From Octopus vulgaris (taxonomy: Eukaryota): 64,000 bases of DNA. Position 1 is the first letter of the stretch. Each line of letters begins with the position of its first letter. The stretch covers positions 105,586,001-105,650,000 of the forward strand of contig OX597817.1 of the NCBI GenBank assembly GCA_951406725.2. The letters run 5' to 3'. Shown here one piece after another: positions 38,935 through 51,870 of this stretch. Under the pieces are notes generated by a model. It was not told the origin of the DNA and made no database searches. It saw only the letters and a list, made by a program, of their open reading frames with translations. Made by a program: the position numbers and the translations under genes.

Positions 38935-39399
38935 CTGTTGAAACAGAAATGAAAATTAAATAAATTTGTCAAGAAGACCAAACAATATTCTTTTAGGTTA
39001 AGTGGTCTTTCAGAATATTTATAAATAAATTCTTCAGCTGAAACAGAAAATTTACTCAAGCTATCAGCTATATGATAAAGATCTAAAAAAAATTTATCTA
39101 ATGGAGACATGATAACTTTAATCTTATTAAAAAGCTGCAAACTAGTGTTTCAATAAACTGAGATTGTCAAAGAAATTGACTTATAATGCCTTCAGATACA
39201 TAAGTCTACTCAATCAGAGTTGATTTGGAGTTAAACAATACAACACCCTCCTCAACTGAATCTACTGGTACATCAAGACAGTTAATGAGTTGGTGTGCAG
39301 CCACACTAACATTAACTAATTCTGCTGGTAAATGTGTTTGACCATTAACCCATTTGAGATAAATAAGCAAGTGACCAAAACCATCTCTTTAGGCTCCCC

Positions 39400-40990
39400 T
39401 CAAGTAACCAAAGCCCACAATCTCCAACCCCAAAAATGGTTTACTCATAGCTGTGCAGCATCAATACAAGAGAAAAAAAAATGTTTATAACATCTATAGG
39501 AAGTCACCTATTACTACCAACTGGGAGGATTTCCCAGTCTGCAGCCATCTGGTTCTTGGCAAGGGTCACTGTCAACTTAAATCCTCCTATCTACAACCAC
39601 TCAATGATGATTCTATTAGCAACACTTCTATTGAAAAAAGCTTCTACATTTGCATCACATTTAACTCAACACTGCATACTCTCTACAAAGCCCCTCCCAA
39701 ATTCCCCTTCTTCCCTATCTGAATTTTACCTCCATCCACAATGTCACCATGTTTTAAAACTCTTCTGATACCTCCAACTCATTAGGATAGATGACTGGTT
39801 TTGTTTGTGTCCCTTCTCTTACTCTCAGAACAGAGTGTGCTTGAGCTAGCTCATACTCTCATTAAACATTTCAATCTCCCTCTATAGTAATTTATCTTGA
39901 TCTACAGTAGGCCTCATCCACCAAAAGACAACATTTCTGACTCTGCCAAATTCCAGCTTATTCCTCATATATTCTGATATGTCAAAGGTGATAGAAATAG
40001 TTGTTAACAATCATCTTCATCACTTTGAATTTCTTTCCCCACTCAGTGAGTGCAGTATGGCTTCCACAGATCCAGATCAACTGGAAACCTGTTCTATATC
40101 AATCCCTGGTCTTCAGAACGTTGGTAAAGATAAAGACAATATTGCTGACTTGTGAGCTATGTTACTGATCTTACTACTCTGAACACTAACCTATTTGCCA
40201 TCACTTCTAACACATTCCTATGCAGATTATACCAACCTTTATTCTTCTTTGATCTTCTAAATATAATCTTATGCTAAACACAACACTTCCATAAACAATG
40301 TTCTAAATAGCATCTCTAAATGGCAAGAAGACAAAAATAATCTCTCCCAGTAGAATAAAAACACAATATACATATTGAGAAAACACTCTTGTACCAAATC
40401 CTTTCTGCTTAAAACCAAACAACTAGAACTTACAGATACACTACAAATGTTAGGACTCACAATCTCTGATGGTCCCTCACTGTGACATGTCAAAGATTAA
40501 GATATTTTTCCAGAGCCAAAACATATATTTCAGTCCAGATGAGTTTTTGATCCTCTTCAAAGCTCAAATAAAACCTGCATTAAAATACTGTTCACATATC
40601 TAGGACAATTATTTTAACATACACACAAACGTCCTACATTACATCAAAAAAGAAGACCAATCAACTAATTGGTAAAGATTTAATCACCATAATGCTTCAA
40701 CCACTAACATAGTGTTTGTTTTTTTCTCTTTTGCCTCTTGTCTTGCTACTACAAAAGTATCTACTTTTATGAACCAGCTAGTTTTAGCTGCATGACCTTC
40801 CTACCACTAGTCTGTCTTTCCATTCTGACTTTGTTACACTGTCTGACAGACCCATTTCACAGACATGAAACATTTCACATAGTCCTTTTACCTCAGGACT
40901 GCAACTCTTAGTTGAAATTCATTCTCTATTCACACTTCCCTAACAAACACTGACCAACAAATTTGGAAAGGTATGCAAAGGTTATGACCC
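39400..40990 (+). mobile_element. Degenerate CR1/Jockey-type LINE remnant
   Basis: Scattered RT motifs: KVIEIVVNNHL, QYGFH..RST, HSYAD, LFKAQIKP.LKYCSHI; many stops and indels. Confidence 0.6.
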
Positions 40991-41355
40991 TTTTCTTCTA
41001 ACTATCTTTATATGAAAAAACAAAACAAACAAACAAGCAAATCTCTGCTATAAATTTCCCAAATCTTTCTTCCCAGAACAGCTGATTGATTTATTTTCTC
41101 CCCTACAGACATTCAAGCTAATTATATTGGCTCTGCACTTTTGACTTAGAATAAATAACAATATGAAATAATAAAGTTTATTTTATTACATTCCCTTCAA
41201 ATCATTGTCAATTTCTAAACAAGACTACTAGATGTTATGGAAAATCTTCACTTAAAATGTTTTTAACTTAACCACAATTAGAAATCAAAATGTTATTTTA
41301 TTTTGTTGAGGAAGGACTGAAATAAAATGAAACTATTAGGAGTAAAGACACTTAC

Positions 41356-41527
41356 CATAATCCAGCAATTTAGAACTGTACAAAGAACAAAGTACAAAAA
41401 TGTAACAATAATAGTTATTTTGAATTTGTTCACCATTAATCTAACTAAACCAGCTTGAAAGATGAATGTATTGAAGAACATCAGGAACACAATGATCAAT
41501 GAGAACATGATGGCAATTGATTGGATT
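41356..41527 (-). CDS. TMEM138: TMEM138 coding exon 2
   Basis: [57 protein letters not shown] ([14 protein letters not shown] signature); 172 bp, phase 2-0. Confidence 0.97.
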
Positions 41528-41789
41528 CTGAAAACAGACAAGGAAATTGTTTTTACTTACTTTAAATAGTGAGTGTGAGACAGGTAGAAGTTAAACTTTT
41601 ACACTATAGAATTAAGTTTTTAATTTTGTATAACAACATTTACTTTAATTTCATTACAACTGCAAATCTATTGAGGTATTTGTGATAGGACAGTGTCCAC
41701 ATGAAGATAATTGGGAAGAAGTGTCAGTATTGATAAGTGTGCAAGAGTCACAGTACATGTTGCTGCATAAAGGCTGTGAGCAGGATACA

Positions 41790-42008
41790 GAGAGGACTTA
41801 CCTCATGAAATCAAGAGAAGGGATAGTTGTGAGTAGGTTATAAAGAGGATTTGCATTGTGAAATCAACAGAAGGGACAATCATGAGTGGAATAAAGAAAG
41901 GATTTGCCTTATGCAAATTCAGATACAAATACCTCAATCAACAAGAAGGGAAACTTGTAAGCAAAACAGGGAGAATATTTGCCTTGTGGAATCAATTAAA
42001 GGGACAGA
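41790..42008. repeat. Degenerate ~53-bp minisatellite in a TMEM138 intron
   Basis: gaggatttgc.ttgtgaaatcaacagaagggaca recurs about 4 times. Confidence 0.6.
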
Positions 42009-42409
42009 GAGTTAAGTTAGTTTAGTCAGATAGTTTGAATAAATAATGGTTTCTGACCAAAAAAGAGTTGTGAGTTGGTGGTATGAAGTACCAGTGTCAG
42101 TACCAAGTAGTAAAAGATGTCTTAAGAGAATAGTTAGGTCCAGACTTCAGAAAATTGCACTCCACTGTTCAGAGAAGAAAACATGGAAGGTTGCAGTACA
42201 GATTTATTCAATCAATGCCATCTTGGGAAAATAAATAACAATGATAATGAAAATGATTAAAAAAAAAATCAATTAAAAGAAACAAAATTTACTTTGCAGT
42301 ATGTGACAGCAGGTTCAGCCTCATTGGATGTTACCTTGAGCTAGTATCATCTACAGAGACCCCAAGATGACCAACATCAGCAAGTTAAATTTTAGTAAAT
42401 AGGTGTAGC

Positions 42410-42685
42410 AGTATTATAGTCAATTGCTACAAAGGTAAAGGTGATGCCTCAGACAGAAATAATTACAGCGGCATCAAATTGCTGGACTGAATGATGAAAG
42501 TTACAGAAAGGGTCACAGCTTAATTAGGAAGAGAGTTAGCCTAGATGAGATGCAGTTTGGATTTGTGCCAGGTAGAAGCACCACCAATGTTATCTTCCTG
42601 GTGTGTTAGCTGCAGAAGTATTTGGCCAAAAATAAACTTCTGTATTTGGCTTTTGCTGACATGGAGAAAGCTTTTGACAGGCACT
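42410..42685 (+). mobile_element. Degenerate RTE RT fragment
   Basis: CYKGKGDASDRNNYSGIKLLD ... MQFGFVPGRSTT ... MEKAFDR remnants. Confidence 0.8.
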
Positions 42686-42846
42686 AGCATAATTAGAGGG
42701 TGGCAGTGGGGGCAGTCTTCCCTTGGCAGCACTTTTATGGGGATTTGCTGCAGGCTATAAGCCTGTATAGGCTGTGGTTTTAATGTTGGAACACAGACAC
42801 TACTCACCATTTAGCCATGCTTAAAGATAGTGACAATATAACTTAC

Positions 42847-42971
42847 ATGTATAGAATCAGTAAAACAACATTTTCTAATCGCAGGAGTTCTGTGGCAACA
42901 TTCATAAAGAAGTCAATGACTATTAGAAGGGCCTGCAGGAATAAGATAGCTTTATATCTGGAGGTCAACAT
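42847..42971 (-). CDS. TMEM138: TMEM138 coding exon 1 (start codon)
   Basis: MLTSRYKAILFLQALLIVIDFFMNVATELLRLENVVLLILY; gtaagt donor, phase 2. An acceptor 23 nt upstream of the ATG (42994) implies a non-coding first exon. Confidence 0.93.
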
Positions 42972-43443
42972 GATTCTATGATGGAGACTGGCACCTACAA
43001 TGAAAATCATTGAAAAGTTTATATAAAAATTGAAAATGATTTATTTTTCTTATATAGAGACTATGGGAAGTTGTGATATGATTTTTCTGGTGTGGTTGTT
43101 TAGTCTTAATTGAACAATCAAGTTTTTCTTAAGCAATAAGGACCATTATCCAAAGTGTCGTTCCTTTTTTTAAGCTGGTATTGTAGGGTGTGATTTAAGG
43201 GAGATTTGGCTACTATTTCTAGCATGTTGAGCGACCGTATAAAGGCTTCTTTCAAGTAAAGAACAATTGTTTTAGACAAAATCCAGAGCTGAAGCAAATC
43301 AATGACTTTCCTCATCAGCAATTAAAGCAAGATAGTAGTAGTTAAATAAATGTAGTGATAAAGAATGATGCTTTTGGCTACAAGCCCTTTATTGAGGAAA
43401 AGAGAGTTCTTCAATCAAAGATCTCAGCTTAAAATGTAGCGCA

Positions 43444-43457
43444 CTTTCCATGGTAAC
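43444..43457. promoter_or_regulatory. Candidate RFX X-box
   Basis: CTTTCCATGGTAAC matches 13/14 positions of the X-box GTTTCCATGGTAAC; upstream of the ciliary gene TMEM138. Confidence 0.4.
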
Positions 43458-44899
43458 AATATTTATTTTAACTGTCACACTTCCCCATAGATTAAATGTA
43501 GCCAATGTGAGCCTTCACTAGTTTTCTCTGATCTGGATGTTACATGAAGTAATTTTACTTTTAGAGTCAACTCATCTGGAAGAGCTCATTTCAGTTCTAG
43601 TGTTTGGCACATATACATATACACACACACCAGTGTAATATAACTGCTGTGTCATCATCATCATCATCATCAACATCATTTAACGACCGTTTACTATGCT
43701 GGCAAGCCAGAGGACTGCACCAAGTTCCACAGTGTTTTGGCAAGTTTTTTATAGCTTGATGCCTTTCCTAATGCCAACCACTTTACAGAATGGACTGGGT
43801 GCTTTCATGTGGCACCAGTACTGGCAAGGTCTGTTTAGGGATGGTTTTTATTGCCGGAAGCCCTTTCTAATGCCAACCACTTTACAGATTGGGCTGGGTG
43901 CTTGATTTACCAATCTTGAGATTTTTTACTGGAAACGGAAACATTTTGTACCAGAATCGCTGGTAGTTCCTTTTGTGAAATCAAATTACAATTGAAACAA
44001 AGAATTTTAATTATGAAAGGAGACTCAGTTGGATGCAGACGGTTAATAAATGCAGATCTCCCTCAAATCACAGCCTGGAGTCTTGAAGAGTCTTAAAGAC
44101 GAACACATTTGAAGCGGAGAGAAACACTCATTTTAGAGGCCTACCTGGGGCTAAACAACAACCCATTCGAAAATTTTTACTAAGCATGCAACAGTTGCTG
44201 GCTTTGGGGGAACTTATAGTGGATTCTGACACAATGGACGCCGCTTATTACTATCAGGGAAAATAGTATCAAACGATTATTGTTATCAAAATTAATGGGT
44301 CCAGTCCAAAACAAACTTAAGATATCATTATAGTCTCTTTATGTTATCAGCAGGTTATTCTTATCTAAAATGCTCCATCCCCCAAAGTGATTACAATAGG
44401 TGGTTTCCACTGTATAAGGTATGAGAAAAATAAAATAATTTAGAAACAATTAACTGAATTAAAAGTAAGCGATTGTACACGAAAAATTACAGAAAAACAG
44501 AAGTATGCGTACAATAACTAGAGTCCTAGTAAAATTCTTATATAACAACTTATAAAACAAGGATCAGACTGAGAAGAAATGCCAATCGCAAAATTCGCCA
44601 ATTTGGCATAACGAAAGATCGCCGTTAATTAGTTTCCCTTCCAAAGTATTATTTATTCAATGACATTTAATTAGAAAAACAGAAAACGGAATATTCATCA
44701 GCATTTAACAAACTTTCATATCAATAATGTGATTAAGTTAAATATTTTAAAAGTACAGTTGCTTTTCATAATTGTTTAAAAAGTCTACGATAATAATTGT
44801 TGACACTTAAATAAAAACCAAGTTTGAAAACTTTTTCCTTTAAAAATATTAGTTATTTGCACTGTAAAGATTAATAAGAAGAACTGGAAACTGAATTTT

Positions 44900-45300
44900 C
44901 ATCAGAGTTCTACTTACATTCATATCAATAAATAAGTTAAGTAAAACATTTTAAAAGTAAAGTTGCTATTTGTAATTATCATCTTCGATAAGAGATTTAT
45001 CTTGTTTATAGTAACGAGCGGTGACCGGTGACTTTTAAATTAAGAGCACACTTAATTTTATGTAATATTAGTAAGAATTTCTAAAAAAATACTTCTTTGT
45101 AATTTACTTATAGAATAAAATAATACCCAAAAAAATGTTGTTATTCAATAAAAATAGTTAAAGTTTCATAAAATATTTGTCTATACAGTAAATAATATTT
45201 ATTCCCAATTATGAAATGAATAAACATTCATTAGGAACCGAAAAATCTGTGTTACCGTATGTGTCACGTGAGATATCAACAGTAACTGAATGGCGGGAAG
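44900..45300. promoter_or_regulatory. Probable bidirectional promoter region of TMEM138 and TUBGCP2
   Basis: Repeat-poor and relatively CpG-retaining; minus-strand GTAAGT donor at 44917, X-box-like TTGTTTATAGTAAC (45002-45015), GTCACGTGA E-box (~45263-45271), plus-strand donor at 45430/45431. Confidence 0.5.
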
Positions 45301-45430
45301 GGAATGTGAGAGTTTGGAATTATTCTACGAATGGTTATCTTCAATGAGACATATGCGTGGCTGCAGTGATATAAATGTGCAGAAATAGAGGAGGACACTC
45401 CTCTTACTGATTATATGATACATCTTCGAG
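45290..45430 (+). other. TUBGCP2: Putative non-coding first exon of TUBGCP2 containing uORFs (start approximate)
   Basis: More GC-rich block ending cgag|gtatta, followed by T-rich intron-like sequence; the coding exon at 54448 has an acceptor upstream of its ATG and so needs an upstream exon. Confidence 0.45.
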
Positions 45431-46817
45431 GTATTATTAACTTTTAGTTTCTTTATTTTTATTTATAATTCAATGTTTTGTTTTCCCTATGTAATTAATC
45501 TACTTTTCAGTTTATTTATTGTTGTTTACAGTATTTGACAAAACTTTGCTTAAAGTGTTTATTCGTTGTATTTAATAAAGTAGTTTAGAGTGTTATCACA
45601 AATTTCGTTTCAGTGATTTTGCTCGTTATTTTGTCAATGTGTTCTGTGTTAAAACGGTGTTTTGATGTCGCATTCTCAGCCGGCTGTTGCTGTAGTTTAC
45701 ATCTAAAGTAATTTGTTCGATGATTAGCGTCTTAATTAATTTCATTAAAAATGTGTTGTATTACATAAAACTTCTTATAGACCCTTTATTGATAGTGAAA
45801 TTAATCAAGGGATTCAGCACGGTATAGAAACTAATTCGAATCTGCAATTACACTGTTTCACAACAAATTGTTTTTTTCCTTCAAATGTCACGATGCTTAT
45901 TTTGCCCTATCGCTGAATTACATTATTTTTGATGATGAAATATACCATTTGTGTTGGCGATTTTATATTATATTTTATTTCTGAAAGTTATGTCCGTGAA
46001 ACTATTGACGACGCTAATTCTTAGTATCCTATCACGCATAATACACTTTATGTGTTACCATAAAATTGTTGGCGACTTTTTATACGTTGAGATGAGGTTG
46101 CTAAGATTTGTTTTGGTTGTTTTTATCTGTTCTATGGTCAAAATGATATAGAGATCCTAAAAATAATCTTCTCAATGCGTGTCGGGACATAGAAAGTTAC
46201 TCAAATGAATGACTGCAGTCGATTAACAATCTTGTTGCAATGTTGATGCTGAAAATTACGTTGGAACTAATACCGGTGTAGCAACCAACTTGTACTGTAA
46301 TTTGACATCCAGCTGAAGCTGGAAATTTGAGTATGTATGACTATATTAATTAAAATTTTCTTTCGCGATAAGTTTGAGGTAGTGTTAGACAGGTTTTATG
46401 GAGTTTGGTTAGTATTTAATTTTAATTGTTAGAAGTTTTGCAGTTTAATTCTATTTAGCTAACAAAAAGTGATTTCTAATTTAGGGATACGGTTAGTTGT
46501 TTTTTGAGTCGAAGAGATAAGTCCATATCATCGCCTCCAGTATGTAGATGCTACTTTATTTTATTGACCCGGTGAGATATGAGCTGAAGAAAATATGGAA
46601 AGGTATTTCTGTCCGAAGCTCTACAATTCTGCCAAGTCGCTGCTTGGGGTTAACAATAATAATATAAAATTTCAAACTTTGAGAAAGCCGATATCTCAAT
46701 AACTGTGAAATGAAATAGCCACTTATAACTAGAAACAGTTACCTGCAATCAAATAATTTTATTTGGTTAAAATATTCAACTTGAACACTTGAAGTACAAA
46801 TGTAAACGTGCCCGTTT

Positions 46818-47390
46818 CTAGTGCAAAAGGTTCGCTGTTAGCTTCCAGCTAGTGTACCCCAAGCTTTTTGGGTTAATATAGGGCGTTACGTCTATCAGAA
46901 AATCAAAAAAAAAATGTGTGTAATAGGTGTAAAACAACTTCCTATGAACGAATATGAAAAAAAAAAGGGGGGTGGGGAGAGGCCTCGGAAAATTCACATC
47001 GGGAAGTTCCGAAAGCGTCTGAGGGGCTGACCCGGGCACCAAAACAAAAAAAAAATAGTGTAATATGTGTAAAACAACTTGCTCTAAACGAATATGACAA
47101 AAAAAATGCGCTCTCGCGAAAGAGGGGTGGGGGAGAGGCCTCGGAAAATTTATATCGGGAATTTCCGAAAGCGTCTGAACCGGGCACAAAAACAAAAACA
47201 GCGTAATAGGTGTAAAACAACTTGCTCTAAACGACTATCATGAAAAAAATGCGCGCTCGCGAAAGGGGGTGGGGGAGAGGCTTCGGAAATTTCACATCTT
47301 CAGTCCACGGCCTTTAAACTAAGAAAAAATAGTGTAATTGGTGTAAAACTACTTGTTCTAAACGAGTATCAAGAACACACACTCACACAT
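46818..47390. repeat. ~140-bp satellite array (3-4 units), possibly inside a Helitron-like element
   Basis: gtaataggtgtaaaacaacttgctctaaacga ... ggggtggggagaggcctcggaaaattcacatcggg repeats at about 46910, 47050, 47195 and 47325; CpG-rich. Confidence 0.8.
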
Positions 47391-48384
47391 GAATCATAAA
47401 CTCCGTATTTTTGTACATATTTCGCAAAAAAAAAAAATAAAGAAGAAATTCTGGAAAAAGTGAAGAAATGTTGGATCTCTGCCATGTGAATCAAAATACG
47501 TGTCAGAAACATCTTGAAATACTACAGAAATTATGTTACGAAAATGATAATGTATACATACCTCTTTGAGTGGTCCATCGACAATGATGATAAAGAAATG
47601 AGTTGGATTTGAACTCAGAATATTGACTAACACAACTACATACTACAAGACTCAAAATATTCAGCCAAGTCACCACCCTTTAACTAGCAGGGGGGAGTAG
47701 CATTGACACAATGTTTTTGACAGCTTTCTTGAACAAAGAAAGTGTTATTGTTCTCTAGAGGGGTCCATTTAGTAATTCTACTTGACTTTTTCTAGCATGG
47801 AGTTTGTATAATAAATAGTATTGTTGTTTAAAATACATACTGACAACACAAGACATAAACCGAGATCCTCAGTCTGAGTAGCTTGAAACTGGAACACAAA
47901 TCTAAAGACTATATTTGATGATGACAAATTAGTGTTGGAGCTATCATATCTGAGCATGCAAAGCCAAACCTTGAGTATCCATCTATAACCATTAGAAGTA
48001 GTAAGTGTTTGATAATAGTAAAAAGAAAATCTTTGAAGTTGACACTGATATGCTCAAATGATAGTATAGACCTGGTCAATGTTGTATGAGGAAGATAGTG
48101 CAATCATGGTTTCAATTCCTAGTATGCAATCTATTTGTCATGTTTTTTTTTTGTTGTTGTTAATCGATCTATGTTCTTAAATCTAGCCATAGTCTCATAA
48201 TTGAGCCACAATAAGATGACATAAAAGCTTGTGTATATCTGGGAGAAGATGTTATAAGGGATCCGTTAGTACAAGCATCAGTAGCTGTGCTTTTACAGTA
48301 ATTACTTCATTACAATATTGTTAATAATGAAAATATTAAATTAAAATAATTTTCTAAGCAACTTTTGCATTTGAACACCAAATA

Positions 48385-48730
48385 TACAGCGTGATCATTA
48401 CCTGCATCGCCTTACTAGCACTTGTGCTGGTGGCACGTGAAAAAAAACATTCGAGCAAGATCGTTGCCAGTGCCGCTGGACTGGCTCCTGTGCAGGTGGC
48501 ACATAAAAAGCACCATTTGAGCATGGCCATTGCCAGTACTACTTAACTGGCCCTCGTGCTGGTGGCACGTAAAAGCACCCACTACACTCTCAGAGTGGTT
48601 GGCGTTACGAAGGGCATCCAGCTGTAGAAATTCTGCCAGATCAGATTGGAGTCTGGTTCACCAGACCTCAGTCAAGTCGTCCAACCCATGCTAACATGGA
48701 AAGCAGACGTTAAACAATGATGATGATAGA
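48385..48730 (+). mobile_element. RTE 3' UTR with tandem units
   Basis: Close match to 26640-26931. Confidence 0.82.
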
Positions 48731-49977
48731 TACCCCCCCTCCCACGTCAGTCTCTTTTTTCCCTAGTATTTTAGATGCCAAATGCAAGGATATGCTGCAA
48801 GTTCTAAACCATAAGATAACCCACTTAACATAAGTGGAATTATCACTTAGAGAGAGAGAGAAATGGTTTTCTGTTCCTGCTACCATAGTTTTAGTTATAT
48901 TTGATAGTTATAAAATGGCATACCGTGAATTATCTGATTTCATAAATCCTACTTTTCCTGCTGATATCTACTTTTCAGTTAAGAAGCTTGAAAGTATTTT
49001 TTTAATTTGCTGATTCTGTCAGGAAGGAGAGATGGACTATAATTTCAGTTGTGTACATAGTAAATGATGTTAATATATTTAAATGAGCGACAGTACATCT
49101 TCCTGTGATATTCTCTATCCATTTTTTCTTTTTCTTAACGTATTTTGGCAGATAAAAAGCCTTTTCTTTTTTTTCTTACCTCAAAAAAATCAGCTGCAGT
49201 TAGCAAAGGCATTGAGTAAATTAAAATCTTATTTCTATGAATGTAGCACAAACAGCTATTATAGCTAGCATATGATAGAGGAGTAGCTTAAATACTTTGT
49301 AAATGTTACTGTGAAAGAATTAGTGTTTACGAAAGAGTTCAATTTTTAGTCGGATACTTTGAAGAATCTAGTGGTGGTCTGTATCCCCCCAAATTATTTA
49401 GTGATGTTCATGAATTTGGATATATTTAGTTACCATGGTGAGAAAATATTTACAAGACTTCCCTTTCAATTAAGAGAGAAAACAAAGTCTTTTTTTCCTA
49501 TTTGCTGGGTTTGGAAAAAGGGGCACTATACCCTGACCTTTGTAGATGCTCTTAGACCAGTAAAATTACGAGTCATTACTTGAAAGACATAAACAGTGAA
49601 GGAATTTTAGAGGGCCAACATTCTAGAAAGGAAGGACTGAATGCAAACTGATTAGTGTGACAGACACAATTTGGGTGATAAGAGGAGACGAGGTTAGTGG
49701 TACAAGAATGCATGAGTGGAGGTACTATGAGCCCAGCCAGCTATGAAAAACAAGACCATTATAGTTATAGCATGAAGGGCAGAGAGAGGAAACAATGCAT
49801 ACATAGACCAGAGGCTGGAGAGTGTTTGTTGGTGACTTTAAGCTAATCAGTTGGGTGTTTTCTTTTTCTGTATTTGGTCTAGGATGTCTGATCATTGCAG
49901 AGTATTGATAAAAGTCAGGAGATAAATCTGCTCATATTGAGGAGAAGGGCTGATCATTAAGATGCAGTCCATGTTAA

Positions 49978-50186
49978 CTCTTTAGCCTTTAAATGAGTCA
50001 TATCTGGCCCAAATATTCTGACTTAGGTTCAAAGTGGCCAGTTCTGGCCTTTCATACCTATCCTACAATGTCATTTTAAAAATAAACAATGGGTCATCAA
50101 AATGTCAAAGCTACAAGATAATGCATGATTGTTTCAAAATAATGTGAATAAATATTACATTTGACAGAAATCTAACTGCTAAATGG
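49978..50186. mobile_element. piggyBac-type MITE copy
   Basis: TTAA at both ends (49974-49977 and 50187-50190); matches 23333-23552. Confidence 0.78.
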
Positions 50187-51245
50187 TTAAAGATGTGCTT
50201 TTGCCAAAAGAGAACCTTCATGATAGTGAGGCTTAACAATTGGTATTATTGTGAGAACTCTAATTGAGATCTAACCCTGATTCAGGAGGATGTGGTGATA
50301 TGAGAAGTAATTGCATTTTCTTGTTGAAAGAGACAAGATTAGTTTAACACACCCTTGGAGGATGTTTTTGAGGTCTTTAATCATGGGGTCAGTATGGGTT
50401 GCAACTGGCTTTTGCATGGTTGGAGAATGTTAAGGAGAAATCAAGGGTATGTCATATGTTTAAAAGTGGATGTAGTTGGACATGGGTATGGCAGCAAGTC
50501 ATTGATATATAAAAGAAACAGAGAGGGGATCAAAAAGCTTGGGGTTTGCTGGAATTGGTAAAATGAGAGACATAAAGAGGTCTGTCAAAGCATGTTACAG
50601 TAGTGTGATCTGATTGGAAGCTACAAGTGATGGGTGAAGCCCCACAGGCAGGCAATTTTGATTAGGGATTTGCAATCCAGACACAGTCAAAAGCTTTTCT
50701 GATGCGGTCAACAGTATAGCTTTTACCAAATTTCTCAAAATTAAGAGCCCACTTATGGGTGATGAAGTGGAGTAGGTTAGTGGATCTGGTGTAAATGACA
50801 AATGGTTATTAAAGAGAGAGAGAGAGATGTTGGAAGATAATGGTTGTCTTCAATATATGAGATACATTAAAAATATGTACAGTAGCCAGCAGGATGAGAG
50901 AGGTTTTCTTTCTTGGGGATGGGACATACTGTAGTGTTTCTGAAGACCAGGATTGATATCTGCAGAGAGGAAAAGATTGAATTGTTTGGCTAGTGTAGAG
51001 ATTAGTTCTGGGGTGTGGTGTTTCGGGGTAACAAGGGATGCTTTCAGGAGTGGTAGCCTTGTTGGTTTGAAGCAATTGAAAGTGGAATGTGTGTATGCAA
51101 AATGGTGAGCCTGAAAGGGAAAGGAATTGGAGATTTGCTTAGAGTGTAGAATGTGGAGTTGGTAGCAAAGTGGGCAGCAAAAGTGGAGGCTTTGTCTTCA
51201 GAGATTCTTCTCAGAGAAGTATTATTCAGTTCTGTATTTAAGAAA

Positions 51246-51870
51246 TGAGGAATTTACATTTGACGGATATTTGTCCTCATCTTGTTTGTTGTTAATACCC
51301 TCCAGCCTTCATCAGGTGTCTTGGGGAAATTTTGAACCTGGGTTCTCATTCCTAAGGTATTTTTTGATGTTATTATTATTATTATTATTAATATTCAAGG
51401 TCACTGCTTGGAATCGAACTCGGAATCTTGGGAGTTAGTAGCCCACGCTCTTAACCACTACACCATATGCCTGTGGGCAATTATGGAGTGAATTTTTAGG
51501 GCTTATAAATCTTTTTTCTTAATACCGGTTCCCATATGCTGCTCATATCTGCACTCGGTCTGCTTTGGAGGTTGTTGCTTCTTTTAGTTTTCGTATTTTC
51601 CAGTGGTGTTCTCTGTCTATTATTTTAACTTCATCCCACAGGGGCAGGTGGTCTCCATTTCTCCATGCATAAACAGCTATACCTGATTTATCAATATCTC
51701 CTCGTGTCACAGCTTTGCGATATTCTTCTACCCTTATTTTGAGGGGGCGGCATGTTTCGCCTTTGTATAACCTACCACAGCTGCATGTTTTTGGTCATAT
51801 TCTCTTCTATTGATGGTTTTACCTGAAGGAGGATATTTGCGAAGTATTATTGTTGAGAAAGAAGATTTTG
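51246..51870 (-). mobile_element. Penelope-like retroelement 3' remnant: GIY-YIG endonuclease, tRNA-like cassette, (AAT)n and partial hammerhead
   Basis: Minus frame CSCGRLYKGETCRPLKIRVEEYRKAVTRGDIDKSGIAVYAWRNGDHLPLWDEVKIIDREHHWKIRKLKEA (Penelope-type GIY-YIG); CTGATGAaggctg at 51315-51303. Confidence 0.78.
51399..51471 (-). pseudogene. tRNA-like sequence (Pol III A/B boxes) inside the Penelope-like element
   Basis: ggcatatggtgtagtggttaagagcgtgggctactaactcccaagattccgagttcgattccaagcagtgacc; the acceptor stem does not pair well, so it is not a functional tRNA. Confidence 0.6.

Noticed and set aside
38877-39140. 87-aa minus-strand ORF overlapping a TMEM138 exon
   Set aside because: It is in a different frame from the homologous exon and is otherwise intronic AT-rich sequence without recognisable homology.
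45331-45430. Selenoprotein-like frame MVIFNETYAWLQ-TGA-YKC (UxxC), or an antizyme-like frameshift
   Set aside because: No recognisable selenoprotein homology, no SECIS identified and no TCC-TGA slippery site. The downstream exons encode GCP2 in another frame from their own ATG, so a uORF stop is the simpler reading.
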